Source: the human T2T-CHM13v2.0 reference genome, Homo sapiens. Taken from it: a DNA stretch of 64,000 nt. The position numbers and the translations under genes were made by a program. The notes beneath the pieces are model-generated. The model had not been told where the DNA came from, ran no database searches, and saw only the letters and a program-made list of their open reading frames with translations. Below are positions 59,229 through 64,000 of the stretch, one piece after another; the stretch's first letter is position 1; each line of letters starts with the position of its first letter. The stretch lies in assembly GCF_009914755.1 (NCBI RefSeq), contig NC_060926.1, one strand, 5' to 3'.

Positions 59229-59270
59229 TGTGTGTGTGTGTGCGCACACACGCACGTGTATATACATACA
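59229..59270. repeat. 42-nt perfectly alternating purine-pyrimidine tract, (TG)n-CG-(CA)n
   Basis: tgtgtgtgtgtgtgcgcacacacgcacgtgtatatacataca. Confidence 0.9.
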
Positions 59271-59982
59271 AAGAACTTAGGGCAAGTTTTCAACTCTGTA
59301 CAGGTATTCCATTTTTCACCTGTAAAATTAAAGAAATGCAGTAAATGATCTCTAAGCCCCTGCCAGTTCAAAAATTCTATGATTCTTCAAGTCATATTTC
59401 TTTGTCCCCACCACCCTTCAAAATGGTCATGGATGCAACATAAAATTTTTCAATAAAATGGGAGTACAATTTCACTTTAAATGAGAGGTTACACATCTAA
59501 ATGGCATATTGTAAAAATAATCAAATTTATACTAGCCCTGAAGTTTAAAAAAATTAATATTCGTTGTTAAAACAGAAAAAAATCAATATGAACCCAAGGC
59601 CTTAAGTAGGAATATTTTCTTTTATTTCTGTCATTAAAAGTAACCCAACTAAAAATATTTGTCATTTTGTCAATGTCAAGTCATGCACACACCCTTGCAT
59701 CAAAAGGAACAATGAAAGAAATTATCATGATAGGAACGTAGCATCACAGTGTAATTAAAAAGTAAGGACACTTTCAAAATGTATATGATACTGGGGGGAC
59801 TAAAAAAGTTTACAAACTCTCATTGGCCACCCTGCAACAATTTGAGTATTCAAAAAAGAGGAAAAATGACAGTCAATTAAGTTTAAAATCAAACCAATTG
59901 GTACAAAATGAGCAATTAAATGTCCATTATCATATTTTAAAAAGAGAAACAATGAACATAAAACTACAAAAGAGAAGTGGTC

Positions 59983-60353
59983 TAATGAGTTTAGATGTCC
60001 CCACCAAATCTCATGTTGAGATGTAATCCCCAGTGTTGGAGGTGTTTGGGTCATGGGGGCGGATCCCTCATGGCTTCCTGCTGTCCTTGCGATAAAGAGG
60101 AGATCTGGTTGTTTAAAACTGTGTAGCACCTCCTCCATTCTCTCTCTCTCTCTGCTTTCGCCATGTGACATGCCCACCCCTACTTCACCTTCCTTCATGA
60201 GTAAAAGCTCCCTGAGGCCTCCCTAGAAGCCAAGCAGATGCTGGCACCATGCTTGTACAGCCTGTAGAACCATGAGCCAATTAAACCTCTTTTCTTTATA
60301 AATTACCTGGTCTCACATATTCCGTTATAGCAACACAAGAAGAGCCTAACGCG
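59983..60353 (+). mobile_element. MSTA/B MaLR solo LTR
   Basis: ccccaccaaatctcatgttga...tttgggtcatgggggcggatccctcatggctt...gaaccatgagccaattaaacctcttttc. 5-bp TSD TGGTC at 59978-59982 and 60354-60358. Confidence 0.93.
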
Positions 60354-61684
60354 TGGTCCTAGCAAATTAAAATCACTTTGCATTAATTTTAATATGGAGA
60401 AGAATGTTAATATACGTGAGGATTCTGCTCTATTAAATATATAACTTATGCAAATGTATTCTTCTCATCCTATATAAACAGAGTGGATGCAAGGAATTGG
60501 AATAAGCCAAACAGTCTCAGTAATGCCAGAAACTGTTCCAAGAATAGGAAAGATTAGCCATCACTAGTGGTCACATACAACAACCCAGTGGAAGATGACC
60601 CAAAGCCAATCAGCACCACTGGCCACGCACAACACAACTGGGTTCCAGTTGGATGGATCAGCAAAGTATTCTCAAAAGAAAATTTTCCCATGCAGGCTTC
60701 ATCCCTTGTCTCCTAGGAGACAAAACCTCAATGGCTTTACTAATTAAAATAAGGTATTAAGATATAATAGGTATAATTTTCCAGTAAAGCTTGTCAAGCA
60801 GGTCAAAATATAATAATTTCAGGACAATGTATACAACATTACCTCTAAGGAGAAATTAACATATCATCTGGAGGAAAACACCAAGTTCCAAACAACTGCA
60901 TCCCACATCTGACTAACAGGGAAGCTGGGAAAGGAGGTCAGTTTGTGGCTGTGTGCCCAGCTATAACTTGAGCCAAAAGGGCTGTGCTTTCTAAAAAGAA
61001 GAATGGGAGAATGGTTATTGGAGAACCACTGGAGCACTCTGCCATGGGGGGGAATATTATTTAACAGATTTATGGAGAAAAAGTAGAGATTAAAGCACAT
61101 TTAAACAATATGGAACATTCTTCTCCCCACTTAATAGTCCTTAAAAAAGAAAATTTCAATCAACATCCCTTCTACTGCTTATATGCATTCTAATGTTTGT
61201 CCTTGCTGAACAAGTAAAAATTAGTTAACTGTCAACTTATAGTTTCATTTCTAAAACTCATTAAAAAGAAAATTTTGCTTTCTCACCTATTTAAAAATAA
61301 ATATTAGTTTATTTGTAACTTACTTAATTTCTTAATAGGGAAAAAATATGTAAAGCATAGTGCTACCCATAAAATATGTAAAATAATGTACTCAAGACAA
61401 CGCTACATAATTATTAGGTCATAGAACACCCTAGTGAAAACAATAGTTAAAATAGAAAAAAAATAAGCTTTAAAAAACTACTGGCATGTTTTAAAAATTA
61501 AGCTGAAGCTACAAAGTAAACGTTTTATTTAATATTTATTTTATACATGAGGACTAAAAAGAATATTACTAAAGTATGCTAAAAGTGCTTCTTCTTTAAT
61601 ATAAGATGGTTTGCTATTGAACTTCAAGCTAAAACACATTTAACCTGTCAATGAAAATGGTATTATATAATAAGGTTTATATAC

Positions 61685-62123
61685 TGCTATGGCCTGGATG
61701 TTTGTCCCTCCAAACCCCAAGTTGAAATTTGATCCTCAATGTTGGAAGTGGGGCCTAATGGAAAGTATTGGGTCATGGGGGTGGATGCTTCAGGAATGGC
61801 TTGGTGCTGCTCCCTCTGGTAGTGAGTGAGTTCTCTCTCACACAAAGCTGGATTGGTTCCGAGGAAATGGATTAGCTCCTACAAGAGCGGTTGTTATAAA
61901 GACAGCACCCTTGGGTTTGGTCCCTCTTCACCCATGCCCACCTTCCCTTAGACCTTCTCTGCCATGCTTTGAGGCAGCACAAAAGCCCTTACCAAAACCT
62001 GAGCAGACACCAGTCCATACTTCTTGTACAGACGGCTGAACCATGAGCTAAATAAACCTCTTTTCTTTATAAATTACCCAGCCTCAGGTATTCCTTTACA
62101 GCAACACAAAACAGACTAAGACG
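61685..62123 (+). mobile_element. MSTB1-like MaLR solo LTR
   Basis: tgctatggcctggatgtttgtccctccaaacc...gaaccatgagctaaataaacctcttttctttataaattacccagcctcaggtattcc...gactaagacg. Confidence 0.92.
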
Positions 62124-62626
62124 TACATTTACCTTCCACTTGTGCAAAATCATTTCTTAAGAATCACAAATATAGTAAATTAAATATTTAAATATTTATG
62201 TATTTTAAACAATGGAAATTAGTAAAGGACAATCAAAATGATAATATTTTAGTAATATTATATTTTAGTAATTAAAACTGGAAATTTGAAAATATGCTTT
62301 ATAATTATTGGCCATAATCACATACTGATATGCTTTTGCTCAGATGAAAATGTGTGAAGAATTTTATTTACTTACAGATGTTCTTTTAAAAACATGAATA
62401 AATTTCAAGTGTTGGTGTAAAACATTTCAAAAATCAAAATTAATGATTTTACATTAATAATAGACATTTTGGGGCCAATAATTTCTATGTGGTGTTAAAT
62501 TATTTATATTACAAACCTATTGCAAGTCAACATCCATATGTTAGTCAAAAGTGTCTGTAAAACAAATGTGTACATTGTATTATTTGTTAAGTTGACCTTA
62601 AGTAATATGTTACATGCACTATTTCT

Positions 62627-62937
62627 TTTTGGGTTTTTTTTTTTTTTTTTTTGGACACAGAGTCTCGCTCTGTCGCCCAGGCTGGAGTGTGGTAGCGCGA
62701 TCTCAGCTCACTGCAATCTCCGCCTCCTGGGTTGAAGCAATTCTCCTGCCTTGGCCTCCCGAGTAGCTGGGACTAGAGGCACACACCACCACACTCAGCT
62801 AATTTTTTTGTATTTTAGTAGAGACAGGGTTTCACCATGTTGCCCAGACTGATCAAAAAACTCCTGAGCTCAGGCAATCTGCCCACCTCGGCCTTCCAAA
62901 GTGCTAGGATTACAGGCGTGAGCCACCGCGTCCAGCC
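62627..62937 (-). mobile_element. AluS, full length
   Basis: Poly-T plus antisense Alu, with TSD ta(c/a)atgcactatttct at 62611-62626 and 62938-62953. Confidence 0.97.
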
Positions 62938-63387
62938 TAAATGCACTATTTCTAAGGAAAATGAATTCTGGTTTCCTCAATCATCAGTCAGGTAGTTTGT
63001 GAAATGACTTTCATTTGCAATCAAAATATTTTCCTTTCTTAGCCCCTCTTATCAACAACTAGGAGTAAATGTACAATATGAAGGTAGGATCCTCTCAACT
63101 GGCTTCCATCGTTGCCCATTATTAGTTTTCAAATATTTTCTCCTCTGGCCCCTATGGCCCCCTCACTCGGGCATTTCTAATCTGCTAGGATTAACCCCAA
63201 CAATTTCCATGCCATTCAAGAAATACATAAAGCAAGGGAGAATGAAATTTTATAGTGACTACGTTGAATCTACTCTACAACTTACTTAAGAAAAATAAAG
63301 GACTTCACTTGTTTTTCTACAATATGGTGCACTGGGCATCATGAAAAATACTCATCATACAGCACACTTTAAAAACCTGGATTCAGT

Positions 63388-63560
63388 AGTGGGGGAAGAG
63401 AGAAGACAAGGAGATGGAAAGGAAAGGAAAAGAGAAGGGAAGGGAAGGAAAAAGGGAAAGGAAGGAAAGGAAAGGGAAGGGAAAGGGAAAGAAAAGAGAA
63501 GTGAAAGAGAAAGGAAATGAGAAAGGGCAAAGAAAAGGAAAATGAAAAAAGAAAAGCAAA
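63388..63560. repeat. Purine-rich (GGAAA/GAAA) low-complexity tract
   Basis: About 170 nt almost entirely A/G on the + strand. It explains the Phe/Pro/Ser-rich ORF 63383-63607. Confidence 0.9.
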
Positions 63561-64000
63561 TAAACTTCTATAACTGCATAGAAGAACTGAAAAGAAATTG
63601 AGAACAATCCTCAGAGGCCAAAAAATGACAAGTGTAATCCAGAGGGGTAATAAATGCTGATGTTGGTATCTGTCATGGGAATATCCACTAATCCCTAGAG
63701 GTCCATAGCTTCATAGCTGGATATACCTGGGCCCACAGCTGGCTGTACATTGCCAATTTTCTGTCCCTTGTACCAACCTCTTGGCCTGAGTCTCCTTCTG
63801 CATTCTCCAGTCCTACTGCCGCTTGATAACCGAGCATTGACCCACACCCTGCAAATGACCCAACACTTCAAAGCCCAAATTTCAGCTAACTCAATTATTT
63901 CAAGGCACCAGGAAGCCAGAAACAGCAGGATTGCTGCTAAGAACAGAGAGAAGGAAGCCAGAGTTTACTTTATCCTAAAACAAGGATAAGCCCCAATCTC

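Noticed and set aside
60600-60655. AGCCAATCAG CCAAT box with a short hairpin
   Set aside because: Isolated motif with no CpG island, TATA box or exon context.

Overview
This is AT-rich primate genomic DNA, probably human or great ape, judging by the AluS and young L1PA copies. It reads as intronic or intergenic sequence. I found no protein-coding exon of a gene I can recognise, and no rRNA, tRNA or CRISPR. Nearly all ORFs in the track are chance ORFs or decayed L1/Alu frames. A large part of the window is interspersed repeat: six AluS copies, L1PA/L1PB/L1M fragments, L2/MIR relics, solo LTRs (MER41, MLT2A, MST, MLT1, MLT2, LTR33, LTR78-like) and DNA-transposon fossils (MADE1, Tigger3, MER58A, MER44A, MER5, MER96B, and a complete TTAA-flanked piggyBac MER75). 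The best-supported unusual structure is a ~517-bp non-tandem duplication (47969-48487 copied to 45926-46442). Its left junction carries three fold-back hairpins and a 22-bp templated repeat, which looks like a fossil template-switch or Pol-theta repair scar. Other leads are a 240-codon antisense ORF reading out of an L1 5'UTR into unique DNA, a GAS-bearing MER41 LTR, an MLT2A LTR with DUX4-like sites and splice donors, and several splice-competent candidate exons. Repeat subfamily names come from my recall of consensus sequences, not from a database search, and boundaries of old repeats are approximate. I cannot claim a new biological system from sequence alone.
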